Shown piece by piece: positions 36,152 to 49,075 of a stretch of 64,000 nt of DNA. Made by a program: the position numbers and the translations under genes. The notes below the pieces were generated by a model. The model had not been told where the DNA came from, ran no database searches, and saw only the letters and a program-made list of their open reading frames with translations. The number at the start of each line of letters is the position of its first letter. The first letter of the stretch is position 1. This DNA is from Scyliorhinus canicula (lineage: Eukaryota). The stretch covers positions 147,041,171-147,105,170 of the forward strand of contig NC_052157.1 of the NCBI RefSeq assembly GCF_902713615.1, written 5' to 3'.

Positions 36152-39100
36152 TAAAAAAAAAAAAAATTTTTTATTAAAATTTTCACAAAATATAACAACA
36201 AACAACAACAAAACAACCATGGTAAAAACCCAAGAACAACACCCACCCAACTACAAAAGCAACTACAAAAACAAAAAAAAAGCAAACAACAAAAAGGAAA
36301 GAGATAACACCCGCCACATCCCACAAACCCATGTACACAATTCTCCCTCCCACCGAACCAAAAATCCCCCCCCCCCGGGTTGCTGCTGCTGCCGGCCTAT
36401 TTCCCTACCGTTCCGCCAGGAAGTCCAGGAAAGGCTGCCACCGCCTAAAGAACCCTTGTACTGATCCCCTCAGGGCAAATTTCACCTTCTCCAATTTGAT
36501 GAACCCCGCCATGTCATTGATCCAGGCCTCCACGCTTGGGGGCCTCGCATCCTTCCACTGAAGAAGAATCCTCCGCCGGGCTACTAGGGACGCAAAGGCC
36601 AGGACACCGGCCTCTTTCGCCTCCTGCACTCACGGCTCCACTGCAACCCCAAAAAGTGCGAGTCCCCAGCCTGGCCTGACCCTGGATCCCACCACCCTCG
36701 ATACCGTCCTTGCTAACCCCTTCTAAAACTCCCCCAGCGCTGGGCACGCCCAAAACATATGGACGTGGTTCGCTGGGCTCCCCGAGCACCTAGCACACTT
36801 GTCTTCGCCCCCGAAAAAACTTCTCATCCTCATCCCAGTCATGTGGGCCCTATGCAGCACCTTGAACTGTATGAGGCTAAGCCTCGCACAGGAAGAGGAG
36901 GAATTCACTCTCTCCAGGGCATCCGCCCACGTCCCCTCCTCTATCTCCTCACCCAGCTCCTCTTCCCATTTACCCTTCAGTTCCTCCACTGAGGCCTCGT
37001 CTACCTCCTGCATTACCCGGTATGTGTCCGAAATCCTCCCTCCGCCAACCCACACCCCTGAGAGCACCCTGTCCTGTACCCCACGTGGGGGCAACAAGGG
37101 GAACCCCTCCATCTGCCGCCTGGCAAACGCCCTAACCTGCATGTACTGAAACATGTTCCCCGGGGGGAGCCCAAACTTCCCCTCTAACTCCCCCAAGCTC
37201 CCGAACCTCCCCTCCACAAACAGGTCCCTCAACCTCCTAACCCCTACCCTGTGCCATCCCAGATATCCGCCACCAATGCTCCCTGGGACAAATCGATGGT
37301 TCCCTCGTATCGGGGCCTCCATCGAGCCCCCCACTTCTCTCCATTGCCCCCAAATTTTGAGGGTAGCCGCCACCACCAGGCTTGTGGTATACCTCGTTGG
37401 AGGGAGCAGCCACGGCGCCGTTACCAGCGCCTCCAGACTCGTGCCCACACAGGATGCCATCTCCATCCTCTTCCATGCTGCCCCTTCCCTGTCCATTACC
37501 CACTTACGCACCATCGTTGCATTGGCAGCCCAATAGTACTCACAGAGGTTGGGCAGCACCAGCCCGCCCTATCCCTGCCCCGTTCCATGAAAGCCCTTCT
37601 CACCCTCGGAGTCCCATGCGCCCACACAAATCCTGTAATGCTCCTGTTGACCCTCCTAAAAAAGGCCTTCGGGATAAGGACGGGGCGGCACTGGAACAGG
37701 AACAAAAGCCTCGGGAGCACCGTCACCTTGACTGTTGCACCCTACCCGCCAGAGACAGCGGCAACATATCCCACCTTTTGAACTCCTCTTCCATCTGCTC
37801 CACCAACCTTGTGAGGTTGAGCTTGTGCAGGGCCCCCCAGCTCCCAGCCACCTGGACTCCTAGGTACCTGAAGTACTTCCCTGCCTGCTTCAGTGGGAGC
37901 CTACCAATCCCCTCCTCCTGATCCCCCGGGTGCACCACGAACAACTTGCTCTTGCCCAGGTTCAGCTTACACCCAGAGAAGCCCCCAAATTCACTAAGAA
38001 TCCTGATCATCCTCCGGCATCCCCCCACCGGGTTCGCCACATACAGCATCAGGTCATCCGCATAAAGCGACACTCGATGCTCCTCCCCACCCTGCACCAG
38101 GCCACTCCAGTTCCCTGACTCCCTCAATGCCATGGCCAGGGGCTCAATCGCCAACGCAAAAAGCAAAGGGGACAGGGGACACCCCTGTCTCATCCCCTGG
38201 TACAGCCGAAAGTACTCCGACCTCCTCCTATTTGTGGCTACACTCGCCATCGGGGCCTCATAGAGCAACCTCACTCAACGGACAAACCCCTCCCCAAACC
38301 CAAACCTTTCCAACACCTCCCACAGATACCCCCACTCAACTCTATCAAAGGCCTTCTCCGCATCTAATGCCACCACAATCTCCGCCTCCCCTTCCACAGC
38401 CGGCATCATAATAACGCTGAGGAGCCTTCGTATGTTTGTATTCAACTGCCTTCCCTTCACAAACCACGTCTGGTCCTTGTGAATGACCCCCGGCACACAA
38501 TCCTCTATTCTTGTGGCTAAGATCTTTGCCAGCAGCTTGGCGTCTACATTTAGTAGCGAGATCGGCCTATATGACCCCCACTGCAGAGGGTCCATGTCCC
38601 ACTTCAGGATCAAGGAAATCAGCGCCCGTGACATAGTTGGTGGCAAAGCCCCCCCCCCCCCCCCCCCCCTTGCCTCGTTAAAGGTTCGGACCAACAGGTC
38701 CGCATACCTTTTATAAAATTCGGCCGGAAACCCATCCGGCCCCGGCGCCTTCCCGACTGCATGCTCCCTATCCCTTTGACCAGCTCCTCCAGCTCGATCG
38801 GCGCCCCCAGTCCCTCCACCTGCCCCTCCTCCACCCTCGGAAATCGCAGCTTGTCCAAGAAGCGCCCTATTCCACCCCCCTCCACCGGGGGTTCAGACCG
38901 GTACAGTTCCCCATAAAAGTCCCTAAAGACCCCATTAACGTCTAGCCCCCTCCGCACCACATTCCCAACTCTAATCTCCCTGGTCGCGTCCCGCTTTCGG
39001 AGCTGGTGTGCCAGCATCCTGCTTGCCTTCTCCCCATATTCATACACCGCCCCCTGTGCTTTCCTCCACTGAGCTTCTCCCTTTCTGGTAATCAATAGGT

Positions 39101-41462
39101 TGAACCTGGCCTGAAGGCTATGCCTCTCCCCCAGCAATCCCCCCTCCGGAGCCTCCGCATATCTCCTATCCACCCTCACCATCTCCCCTATCAGTCTCTC
39201 CCTCTCCCTCTGCTCCCCCCTCTCCCTATGGGTTCAGATGGAAATCAATGCCCCTCTAATCACCGCCTTCAAATGCCTCCCAGACCGTCCCCACTCGGAC
39301 CTCCCCGTTATCGTTGGCCTCAAGGTACCTCTCAATACACCCCCGAACCCTCCCGGCCACCTCCTCATCTGCCAGCAGCCCCACCTCCAAGCGCCAGAGT
39401 GGACGTTGGTCCCTCTCCTCCCCCAGCCCGAGGTCCACCCAGTGCGGGGCATGATCCGAAATGGCAATGGCAGAGTATTCCACATCCTCCACCCTCGAAA
39501 CCAGCCCCCTGCTCAGGACAAAAAAAATCATTCCTCGAATAGGCCTTATGCACGTGGGAGAAAAACGAGTACTCCCTGGCCCTTGGCCTCGCAAACCTCC
39601 AGGGATCCACCCCTCCCATCTGATCCATAAATCCCCTCAACACCTTAGCCGCCGCTGGCCTCCTACCCGTCCGGGACTTGGATCGATCCAATGGGGGATC
39701 CAGCACCGGGTTGAAGTCCCCCCCCCCATGATCAGGCCCCCCACCTCCAGGTCCGGAATACGGCCCAATACCTCCAGGTCCGGAATGCGGCCCAACATGC
39801 GCCGCATAAACCCCGCATCGTCCCAATTTGGGGTGTAAATATTCACCGACACCACCCGCTCCCCCTGCAGCTTACCACTCACCATCAAATACCTCCCACC
39901 ACTGTCAGCCACCACCCTCAACGCCTCAAACGACACCCTCTTTCCCACCAGGATTGCCACCCCCCGATTCTTCTCATCCGCCTTCAGCTCCTTTAAGTGC
40001 GCAAACACCCGGGCCCGTTTGACTGGCCCATTCAGTCCCATCACATTCCAGGTTATCAGCCGGATCAGAGGGCTCCCTGCCCCCCTCCCCTGCCGATTAG
40101 CCATAACCCATCCCCTGCCCACCACTGGCCAGCGCCCCCTGCTCGGCCCGTTCCCCATGGCGGCAACTACCCCGCCCCCTGCACCCCCTGCATCCTCCAG
40201 CTCCTTCCTGGCCATTTCAGCAGCAACCCGGTACCCCCCCCCCCCCCCCCCCCCCAAAGGCTAGGACCCCTCCTAGCTGCGCCCCTCCCTCCATAGCACT
40301 CCCGTGAGCCAGCTAACTTCTGCTGACCCCGGCGGCTCCCGCCACACCTCCGACTCCTCCCCACGTGGGACTACACCTCCTTCTTCGTGCCAATCAGCAG
40401 GCCCCCCCCCCCCCCCCACTGCTCTTGCGCGGGAAAGTAACAGCCAGCAACGGCCCGCGCTTCTCAGCCCCGACTCCGCCCCCATCATTCCACAGCGCGG
40501 GAAACCAGAGAAAAGCCGCGCTTTTGCCCTGCCCAACCCCGCCTCCTCTAGGGCAACTCCCATTGCCGGTCCCCACCACCAGCTCCCCGCACTCCCAGTT
40601 TACCTCCCTGCCCGAACCCGTCCACCAGACCCATACAAAAAGATATAACGACACCCACCCACCCTAAAGCCAACACAAATCTTGCATTAAACAGAGGACC
40701 CCCCCCCCCCCCCCGAGCAAAAATCAAACCCAATTACATTATCATACAAAATCCCCCAACTTTGACCCTCAGTTTGAGTCCAGTTTCTCGGCCTGCACAA
40801 AGGCCCACGCCTCCTCCGGGGACTCAAAATAATGGTGCCGGTCCTTGTAGGTGACCTACAGACGTGCCGGCTGCAACATGCCAAACTTCACGCTCCGTCT
40901 GTGGAGCACCGCCTTCGTCCGGTTGAACCCGGCCCTCCGCTTAGCCACCTCCGCACTCCAGTCCTGGAAGATCCGCACCTCCGTGTTCTCCCACTTGCTG
41001 CTCCGCTCCTTCTTGGCCCACCGGAGCACGGACTCTCAATCAACGAACCGGTGAAACCGCGCCAACACCGCCCGTGGCGGCTCGTTCTGCTTGGGCCTCC
41101 TAGCCAGAATTCTGTGGGCCCCCTCCAACTCCAGGGGCCCCTGGAAGGACACAGCCCCCATCAACGAGTTCAGCATAACGACCACATAGGCCGCCAGGTC
41201 CGACCCCTCCAGCCCCTCCGTGAGGCCCAGGATCCGCAAATTCTTCTGCCTCGACCGGTGGTCCAGCTCCTCGAGCCGCTCCTGCCACCTTTCATGGAGC
41301 TCCTCGTGCATCTCCACCTTCCCTGCCACGGCCACGGCCTCATCCTCCCTTGCGGAGGCCTGTTGCTGCAGCTCCCGGATCGCGGCCCCCTCTGGGCTGT
41401 CTGAGTCTCCATCAGCTCTCTGGTGGTAGCCTTCAGCGACTCCAGCAGCTCCACCGGAAGTC
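36152..41462 (-). mobile_element. Decayed near-full-length L1 (second subfamily) with frameshifts and internal deletions
   Basis: 18-bp TSD CTTTCAAATGTACATATT at 36134-36151 and 41463-41480. Fragmented ORF1 (40765-41450) and ORF2 (36405-40104) across several frames. 27-bp in-frame tandem duplication near 39744-39797. Confidence 0.92.
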
Positions 41463-42084
41463 CTTTCAAATGTACATATTGGCGGCAGTAGAACTTCACA
41501 CAGTTGCAGTAATGCATGATATGGGGATATTGCACAGCACAATCTCAACCTGTATAAGTCCAAGGCTAATTATTACACAAGGGATGCCATCAGCAATGTC
41601 CCTGCCATGCAGTTAGCTGCTAAAATGATGTGTCCAATTCGTCAGCTCTACTTAATGAAATGTCTAGAATCATGCGGGTGCATATTACTGAAATAATGTG
41701 GGTGAGTATGAAATTAAAAGCATATCTACGATAAATAGTGGATATAATATTGCCTAGCTGCTGATTCGGCAGATTAAAAGCTACTGTATTGCCACTAACT
41801 AGTCAAACAACAGTAACATTCAGAATGCACAGCTAGGACAACCAGAACCCATCCTCCAACCATAATATCATTTGGCCCAGGAAAATACCAGGAATGAGTT
41901 TGTTATTCATACCGCCAGGGATGGATTAATTCATAGGCCTTTGTTTGGGTCCCCAGCCAAAATGTGGGGTAATACAGAGAAAATACAATCATTGGCTGAG
42001 AATATTGTATTTAAATATGCATCAGAAGATTAGAGGCATAGTTGGCAGATGTGTTAGGATATAAAATACCGACAGCATTTTCAT

Positions 42085-42685
42085 AAATAATAATCTATAT
42101 TACTGCCACAAGTAGGTTTACATTGACACTGCAATGAAGTTACTGTGAAAAGCCCCGAGTCGCCACATTCCGGCGCCTGTTCGGATACATGGAGGGAGAA
42201 TTCAGAATGGCCAATTCACCCAACAAACATGTCTTTCGGGACTTGTGCGAGGAAACCGAAGGACCCAGAGGAAACCCACACAGATACAGGGAGAACATGC
42301 AGACTCCAGTCCCCTCTTATGTTATAATGTGTGGAGGAACTGTGGAGGGGCCCCTAGGAATCTTTAGTCTGGGGCCCCTCGAGACGGCATGGCGGCACAG
42401 TGGTTAGCACTGCTGCCTCACACCTCCAGGATCCTGGTTTCAATTCCGGCCTCGGGTGACTGTGGAGTTTACACGTTCTCCCCGTGTCTGCGTGGGTTTC
42501 CTCCGGGTGCTCCAGTTTCCTCCCACAGTCCAAAGATGTGCACGTTAGGTGGATTAGCTATGATAAATTGCCCTTCGAGTCCAAAAGGCTAGTTGGGCGT
42601 TACGGGGATAGATTGGAGGCGTGGGCTTAAGCAGGGTGCTCTTTCTTGGGGCTGGTGCAAACTTGATGGGCCAAATGGCCTCCTT
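42085..42685. mobile_element. Two divergent V-SINEs: 42085-42310 (-, ATT tail) and 42385-42685 (+, CR1-like tail)
   Basis: Central domains and the respective tails are recognisable. Confidence 0.8.
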
Positions 42686-42953
42686 CTGCACTCTAAATTC
42701 TAGGCTTTGCTGAAAACTGATCTTTTTACTGTCTTTTCGTTTCAGTCTCCCCCTCACAATGGCTGAAATCTGAAATAAATGAATAAATAAACCAGCTCCT
42801 CCCCACCCCGAGCCCACAGCATCCCCTGCACCTCCCCACTCTCCCACCCTCCGCAGCTCCTCCTCGCTCCCTCTTCCACCGTCACTCACTCCCCACCAGC
42901 GAAACTGACCTCAACTCCGACCCGCGATCTGCCGGCAACTTCCTCGTTGAATT

Positions 42954-42965
42954 GAAAGCGAAAGT
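42954..42965 (+). promoter_or_regulatory. IRF-E/ISRE-like element upstream of the tapasin-like gene
   Basis: GAAAGCGAAAGT matches the IRF1/2 consensus GAAANNGAAA(G/C)(T/C), 48 nt before the ATG, in a local CpG-rich patch. Confidence 0.65.
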
Positions 42966-43013
42966 ATCGCCCAGCAGGCGGCCTGAGAGGAGCAGCAGCC
43001 CAGAGTGCCCGCA

Positions 43014-43059
43014 ATGCATTTGAAGATATTCCTTTGGCCCCTTTCGATGCTCGCTACCG
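43014..43059 (+). CDS. TAPBPL: Tapasin-family gene exon 1, signal peptide (MHLKIFLWPLSMLAT)
   Basis: gcaATGc start, hydrophobic leader, strong phase-1 donor ACCG|gtaagg. Confidence 0.8.
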
Positions 43060-43689
43060 GTAAGGCGATCAGACGGTGCCAGGCTAGAGAGAGGGGGGCT
43101 GATGACCATTTGGCGATTGTGTTGGGAGTTGGCCACAGAAAGCGGAGTTTCCAATGTGAAACTGACAATTCATTGCCCGTGGCGCTAGCCCAGGGTAACA
43201 TGGCAGGCTTCGAGTTCCTGGCCACAGCCCCCCCAAAAGAATCATACTCAATCCGGTACTGAACGTGCAAAGAGGCAAGTCAGAAAACCATTGGCTGGCT
43301 GTGTCATTGGCGGGAAAGGGCAATGTCTATGAGGACCCCTCCCCTTTCCAAAGGTGAGCGAAGACTAGAAACATTGACCCATTACAGGTGAAATTTACAA
43401 TGAGACCAGCGCATCCCCCTTGGTCAGGGCTTTTATGGCATTGGAAAGGTCTTGGTGAAGATTGGCTCTGGTACCTTTTAGGTCAACTCGCACCAGTGGG
43501 GTGGGACTCTATCCTCCCTGAGTCACAGGAAGCTGGTGCCAAGAGTGCAGTACTGTAGGAATGCCAACAGTCGCTTACCACGGTAAACAAAACAGTAGAC
43601 CGCACTTAAGAGATATTTCAACGCTCCACCGTACTTTTAAAGGGCGAGTTCTCCCTTAAGTTCCATCAAACATTTATTCTCTTGACCAT

Positions 43690-43930
43690 CGTCAACAGAG
43701 CTGGGTTCAATTCCAGCCTCGGGTGACTGTGCGGAGTCTGCACTTTCTCCCCGTGTCTGCGTGGGTTTCTTCCGGGTGCTCCGGTTTCCTCCCTCGGTCC
43801 AAAGATGCTGCGCGATAGGTTGCGTTACGCAGATGGGACGGGAGGAGTGGGCTTAGGTAGGGCGCTCTTTCTGCAGTTCGGTGCAGACCTGATGGGCTGA
43901 ATGGCCTTCTTGCGCCCTGGAGGGATTCTA
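43690..43930 (+). mobile_element. V-SINE, degenerate
   Basis: GGGTTCAATTCC, central domain and eroded tail. Confidence 0.75.
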
Positions 43931-44212
43931 TGGAGAGCGAAGGTCAGTGCTCAGTGGAACCAAATCTCAGTTTCTCCCCCCACAGAAGATGCTGCCAGAC
44001 CGGCCGAGTCTGTCCAGCATTTTCTGTTTTTATTTCAGATTTCCAGCATCTGCGGTATTTTGCTTTTCAGTCTTTTATAGCCTTTAGTAGAGGAAGGCCT
44101 GGATAGAGGTGTTGAGTTTGGATAATTTGACGTAGACTGCTCGATGATAGATGCAGGGTTGCAGATCAAAATACGTGGATAATATTTTGCCGTGTTTATT
44201 GCCTCACTATTT

Positions 44213-44546
44213 GGGCAGCCCGGTAGCATAGTGGTTAGCACTGTTGCTTCACAGCTCCCGGGTCCCGGATTCGATTCCCGGCTGGGTGACTGTGCGGAGT
44301 CTGCACATTCTCCCCGTGTCTGCGTGGGTTTCCTCCGGGTGCTCCGGTTTCCTCCCACAGTCCAAAAGACGTGCCAGTTAGGTGGATTGGCCATGATAAA
44401 TTCCTCTTAGTGACCAAAAAAGGTTGGGTGGGGTTACTGGGTTACAGGGATGGGGTGGAGATGTGGGCTTGGGTAGGGTGCTCTTTCTAAGGTCCGGTGC
44501 AGACTCGATGGGCCAAATGGCCTCCTTCTGCACTGTAAATTCTATA
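44213..44546 (+). mobile_element. Full-length V-SINE with CR1-like tail
   Basis: GGGCAGCCCGGTAGCATAGTGG...GGATTCGATTCC...CTGCACTGTAAATTCTAT. Confidence 0.88.
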
Positions 44547-45030
44547 ATGTGCAGCGGTTCAGTAATATTTAATCCAACACGGAAACCAATTGCACCAAGT
44601 TAGGAACAAGGGAACAGGAGGAGACCATTCAGCCCCTCGATCTGTTCCACAACTCAATGAGATTTGGGCTCGTCCACATCTTATCTCTGTGCACCCATTT
44701 GGGTTCCAAAGGACAGTACTCCTGTGCAGTACTGAGTGTGTACGACAGTTTTGCCTGGATTGCGTGCTCGGGTTCCTGGGGTAAGACCTGAACCCATCAT
44801 TTGATGGCTCCAAAGCAAGAATGCTGGTGACTGAGCCACAGCAGCCACTTAAGAAAACGTATGCACCTAAAAGCAGAACTATCTCCACCAGTGTAACAAT
44901 GGTAATTAAGCAATTCATCTGGTGACCCTACTTCCCGGTATTCAGTGAAGCGTCTGTGTAAAGTGTGGAGTGACTGTATGCATTTGGTGTTAAAACCTTC
45001 TTTTCAAACGCCTCGATTTATTTTTTTAAG

Positions 45031-45210
45031 CCATCGTGCAGGCACAGAATAGACACACGGTCCCGAGCAGAAAGCTGGAATGCATGTTTGTGGAGGAGAA
45101 ACAAAGTGAAGAGACTCAAATATTTGGGCCTACAACCACCAAGAGGAAGGCCTTCCTGCTGTCTGGTGATCTGAATGTAAATGAGAAGGCCATTATTTTT
45201 AAACTTCAAG
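45031..45210 (+). CDS. TAPBPL: Tapasin-family gene exon 2, N-domain (…KLECMFVEE…KRKAFLL…IIFKLQ)
   Basis: Acceptor tttttttaag| and donor CAAG|gtaatg; 180 nt, phase 1 to 1. LEC.FVE...KR.A.LL resembles the tapasin/TAPBPR N-terminus. Confidence 0.85.
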
Positions 45211-45587
45211 GTAATGTGCATTGATCATAAATTAATTTTCTAATGGAATGCTAACCTTTATATCTCGAGGATTAGAGTATAAAAGCACAGGGGTTATGCT
45301 GGAGCTATACAAACCTGGTTAGACCCCATTTTGAGTACTGAGTGAAAACATTTTGCTCTAGTTCTAGATTCCCAATGGTATCGCTCATGGTAATTCAGAC
45401 AATCCACTCATGTGCGATTCAAAATACAAATGGGGTAATTTGAGTTTAATCTGCCTGTTGGAAGAGTGATGAGATCAAACGCAACTCCGGTTTTATACCC
45501 AATATTGGCCAGAGAGTAAAACTGGAATAGCACATGATCCCATGCATTTCCTGCATTGCAAGTTGGGTTAAAATTGTAGGCAACTAA

Positions 45588-45780
45588 GGGCTGTTTACCA
45601 CAGGGCTAAATCGCTGGCTTTGAAAGCAGACTAAGCAGGCCAGCAGCACGGTTCAATTCCCGTAACAGCCTCCCCGAACAGGCGCCGGAATGTGGTGACT
45701 AGGGGCTTTTCACAGTAACTTCATTTGAAGCCTACTCGTGACAATAAGCAATTTTCATTTCATTTCATTTTCATTTCATT
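45588..45780 (+). mobile_element. Short tRNA-headed SINE with a (TTTCA)n tail
   Basis: Same family as 11433-11613. Confidence 0.78.
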
Positions 45781-46095
45781 AACTGTTAAATGTTCTTGGA
45801 TATCCTGGGCAGTGTGAAAGGCACTACACAAATGCAATCCTTTCTGGATCATAGAGGATAAGGTACGGCTAAGAATTCACTGAGAGAAAAGAAGCAAATG
45901 TGTACAACATCCAAAATCATAACATTGACACTTATTTGCTCTAAGCGGGGCTAGTTAACTCAGTCAGGATAACATGTTTTAAACAAAAATTGGATGTACT
46001 TGCCAGTAATTAGTTTGAAGAATTTTTTATGGGGCAAGATAACGTTCATTGGTTCTTTTCCTCCCTAAGTCATGTCTTTTAAAAATAGCTGGCCA

Positions 46096-46967
46096 GCGGA
46101 GGAGGCATCAGTAGAGGAGCTGAAAGCTAAGTGGGAGGGGAAACTGGGGGAACAGATCGAAGACGGGACATGGGCTGATGCTCTGGAGAGGGTTAATTCT
46201 TCCTCCTCGTGTGCGCGGCTTAGCCTCATCCAGTTCAAGGTGCTGCACCGGGCCCACATGACTGGGACGAGGATGAGTAGGTTCTTTGGGGGTGAAGACA
46301 GGTGTGTCAGGTGCTCGGGGAGTCCAGCGAACCATGCCCATATGTTCTGGGCATGCCCGGCACTGGAGGAGTTCTGGAAGGGGGTGGCGAGGACGGTGTC
46401 GAGGGTGGTGGGATCCAGGGTCAAGCCAGGATGGGGACTCGCGATTTTTGGGGTTGGGGTGGAGCCGGGAGTGCAGGAGGCGAAAGAGGCCGGTGTGCTG
46501 GCCTTTGCGTCCCTAGTAGCCCGGCGAAGGATCTTGCTATAATGGAAGGATGCGAGGCCCCCAAGCGTGGAGACCTGGATCAATGATATGGCGGGTTTCA
46601 TTAAGCTCGAGAAGGTCAAATTCGCCCTGAGAGGGTCGGTACAAGGGTTCTTTAGGCGGTGGCAACCTTTTCTCGACTTTCTGGCTCAACGATAGGGTAC
46701 AGGGACAGTAGCAGCAGCAACCCGGGGGGGAGGGGGGGAAGGGGGAGGGAAAAGGGGGGGGGGGGCGGTCAATGACTATGTTTGTTTATTTAATTTTAAT
46801 TTATTTTTAAGTTCTTTTGGTGTTCATTGGGGTTGGGGGGTGGGGGGATGGGATACATATGGTCTGGGGGTGTTACAGTTATTATGGGTTGTTTTGTTGC
46901 ATTTCATTGCTTGTCGTTATGTTTTATATTTTCTGTAAAAAATTCCAATAAAAATTATATTTAAAAA
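46096..46967 (+). mobile_element. 5'-truncated L1 (ORF2 C-terminus plus 3'UTR) in tapasin-like intron 2
   Basis: 15-bp TSD AAAAATAGCTGGCCA at 46081-46095 and 46968-46982; TT/AAAA target; AATAAA plus poly(A); peptide LIQFKVLHRAHM...CVRC...HMFWAC. Confidence 0.92.
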
Positions 46968-47056
46968 AAAAATAGCTGGCCAATTTGAATTGGTGATGTT
47001 GATACAATTGATTGAGAGAGATGGATTTTCAGTTCAAAAGGGGACAACTCGGGATT

Positions 47057-47402
47057 CATAGAAATCATAGAATTTACAGTGCAGAAGGAGGCCACTCGGC
47101 CCATCGAGTCTGCACCGGCCCTTGGAAAGAGTGCACCACTCGAGCCCACACCTCCACCCCATCCCCATAACCCAGTAACCCCACTTAACCTTTTTTGGAT
47201 ACTAAGGGCGATTTTATCATGGCCAATCCACCTAACCTGCACATCTTTGGACTGTGGGAGGAAACCGGAGCACCTGGAGGAAACCCACGCAGTCACGGGG
47301 AGAACGTGCAGACTCCACACAGACAGTGACCCAAGCCGGGAATTGAACCAGGGACTCTGGAGCTGTGAAGCAACAGTGCTAGCCACTGGGCTACCGTGCT
47401 GC
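47057..47402 (-). mobile_element. Full-length V-SINE with CR1-like tail
   Basis: Head, central domain and (TTCTATGA)n tail on the minus strand. Confidence 0.88.
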
Positions 47403-47614
47403 ACGGTTGAAGAGTAATATTTCAAGATATGAATGCCCTGGCTGTTTGCCTTTCTATCACAAGGTACAACAGGAAGATTTGCAGAATCTTACAATTTAGG
47501 AGGATTAGCGAAATGTGTTTTTAGCATTGGGACCCAGCTTTCTGTGAAGGATTTGCATGGTTTCCCGTTAACTTGCTGTTTGATTATTATGAGACTCTTC
47601 CTCCTTATTCACAG

Positions 47615-47905
47615 CCTCTTCATTAGATGTTATCCAGTATGTGGATGAGAAACCCGAAAATTTGGGATGTGAAATTAGCAGGTACTCCACTCATGGCATC
47701 CACGTTCCCTGGACGCACCAGGGGAAGGACACCATTACGGATGTATGGTTCACAGTGACGCTAAGGAACTTGAAAAGCAGCTTCACTGCAACCAGCTTCA
47801 TGAGGAAGATTGAAGCTCCCGACAGCCAGCAGGCTGAGAACAATGAAGCGAAAGCCGATCAAGAAGATCCCGCCATTGGCGATACGGATACTCTGCTAGT
47901 TCAAG
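47615..47905 (+). CDS. TAPBPL: Tapasin-family gene exon 3, N-domain (…LGCEISRY…DVWFTVTLR…)
   Basis: Acceptor ttattcacag| and donor CAAG|gtaatg; 291 nt. CEISRY and WF motifs as in TAPBPR. Confidence 0.9.
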
Positions 47906-48191
47906 GTAATGTTCGGATGCTAACCAGCCCAGTATAATTTCGAAGAGAATGCTGCCAAAGTATACATGCGCCACGGTAATGTTTGCCTCCCATGGCAGTG
48001 TTAAAAATCCATCAATGAGTGTACAAAACATGTACCCCCACAGGGCCCACACCATAAACAGCATGTGACTGGATCAGTGAAATGTCGAGCCTATAATGAA
48101 AATACAATTTTCTGTGTTTTTATCTAGGGTATGAATAGCGATGGACTGGTTTCGAAATGCAAGATAATAGCTTTTTCTTTTTACTTGTTAG

Positions 48192-48530
48192 TGAGCTACG
48201 TGGTGCACACCAGCACCCCGTTGATCCAAACCAAACTGAAGCAAGATCTGGTTCTGGACTGTGGCTACAAAATTGACCACAGCACCGACTTTAACATCGA
48301 CTGGCGATACCAACACAAAGGGACCAAGAAGAAATTGTTCTCCTACAATGGGCGACACGAGCGGGTTGAACACCTGGAGAAAGGGGTCGAAGTATTCATG
48401 GACCAGATCAGGACTGGAAATGCTTCTATCCGCATAAGAAGTATCGACATTCAAGATGAAGGATCCTACACTTGTTCCGTATATGTCCCGCCACTCTTTG
48501 GAATACAAACCCTTGAGGTGGAGGTTATGG
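48192..48530 (+). CDS. TAPBPL: Tapasin-family gene exon 4, IgV domain
   Basis: Acceptor ttacttgttag| and donor ATGG|gtaaga; 339 nt. LDCG...WRYQHKG...GNASI...DEGSYTC. Confidence 0.92.
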
Positions 48531-48854
48531 GTAAGATGCTGAATCTGACGAATTGATGAACGTTTGTAAATCAGCGGATCAGGAGAAATTACTGTTTGAA
48601 TTTGTGTGGGTAACAAAACAGTGTCAAAATCAGTGTCCCTGCTTCAGACGTAGTGTCTGGATTAATTATTTCAAACTGCAGGCCGCTGAATACACGCATT
48701 TTTGCACCAAGTCAAAGTGCAGGTTGTTAACGTTAGTCCCAACACTTGACAAAGTCATCTTTCATCTTCAGCCTCATTGTCAGCAATCAGCATGATTAGA
48801 ATCCAGCCCGGGTTGCTGGGGTTTATTGTTGAGGGACTAAATGGCCTAATCCTA

Positions 48855-49075
48855 GGGCAGCACGGTGGCGCAGTGGTTAGCACTGCTGCCTCACGGCACT
48901 GAGGTCCCAGGTTCGATCCCGGCTCTGGGTCACTGTCCGTGTGGAGTTCGCACATTCTCCCGTGCTTGCCTGTGTTTCGCCCCCACAACCCAAAGATGTG
49001 CAGGCTAGGTGGATTGGCCACGCTAAATTGCCCCTTAATTGGAAAAAATGAATTGGGTACTCTAAATTTTTTTTT
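48855..49075 (+). mobile_element. Short V-SINE variant with a 13-16 bp TSD
   Basis: TAAATGGCCTAAT at 48838-48850 and 49076-49088. Confidence 0.85.

Noticed and set aside
36700-41600. Dozens of overlapping Pro/Gly-rich ORFs
   Set aside because: These are frameshifted pieces and shadow frames of a decayed GC-rich L1.
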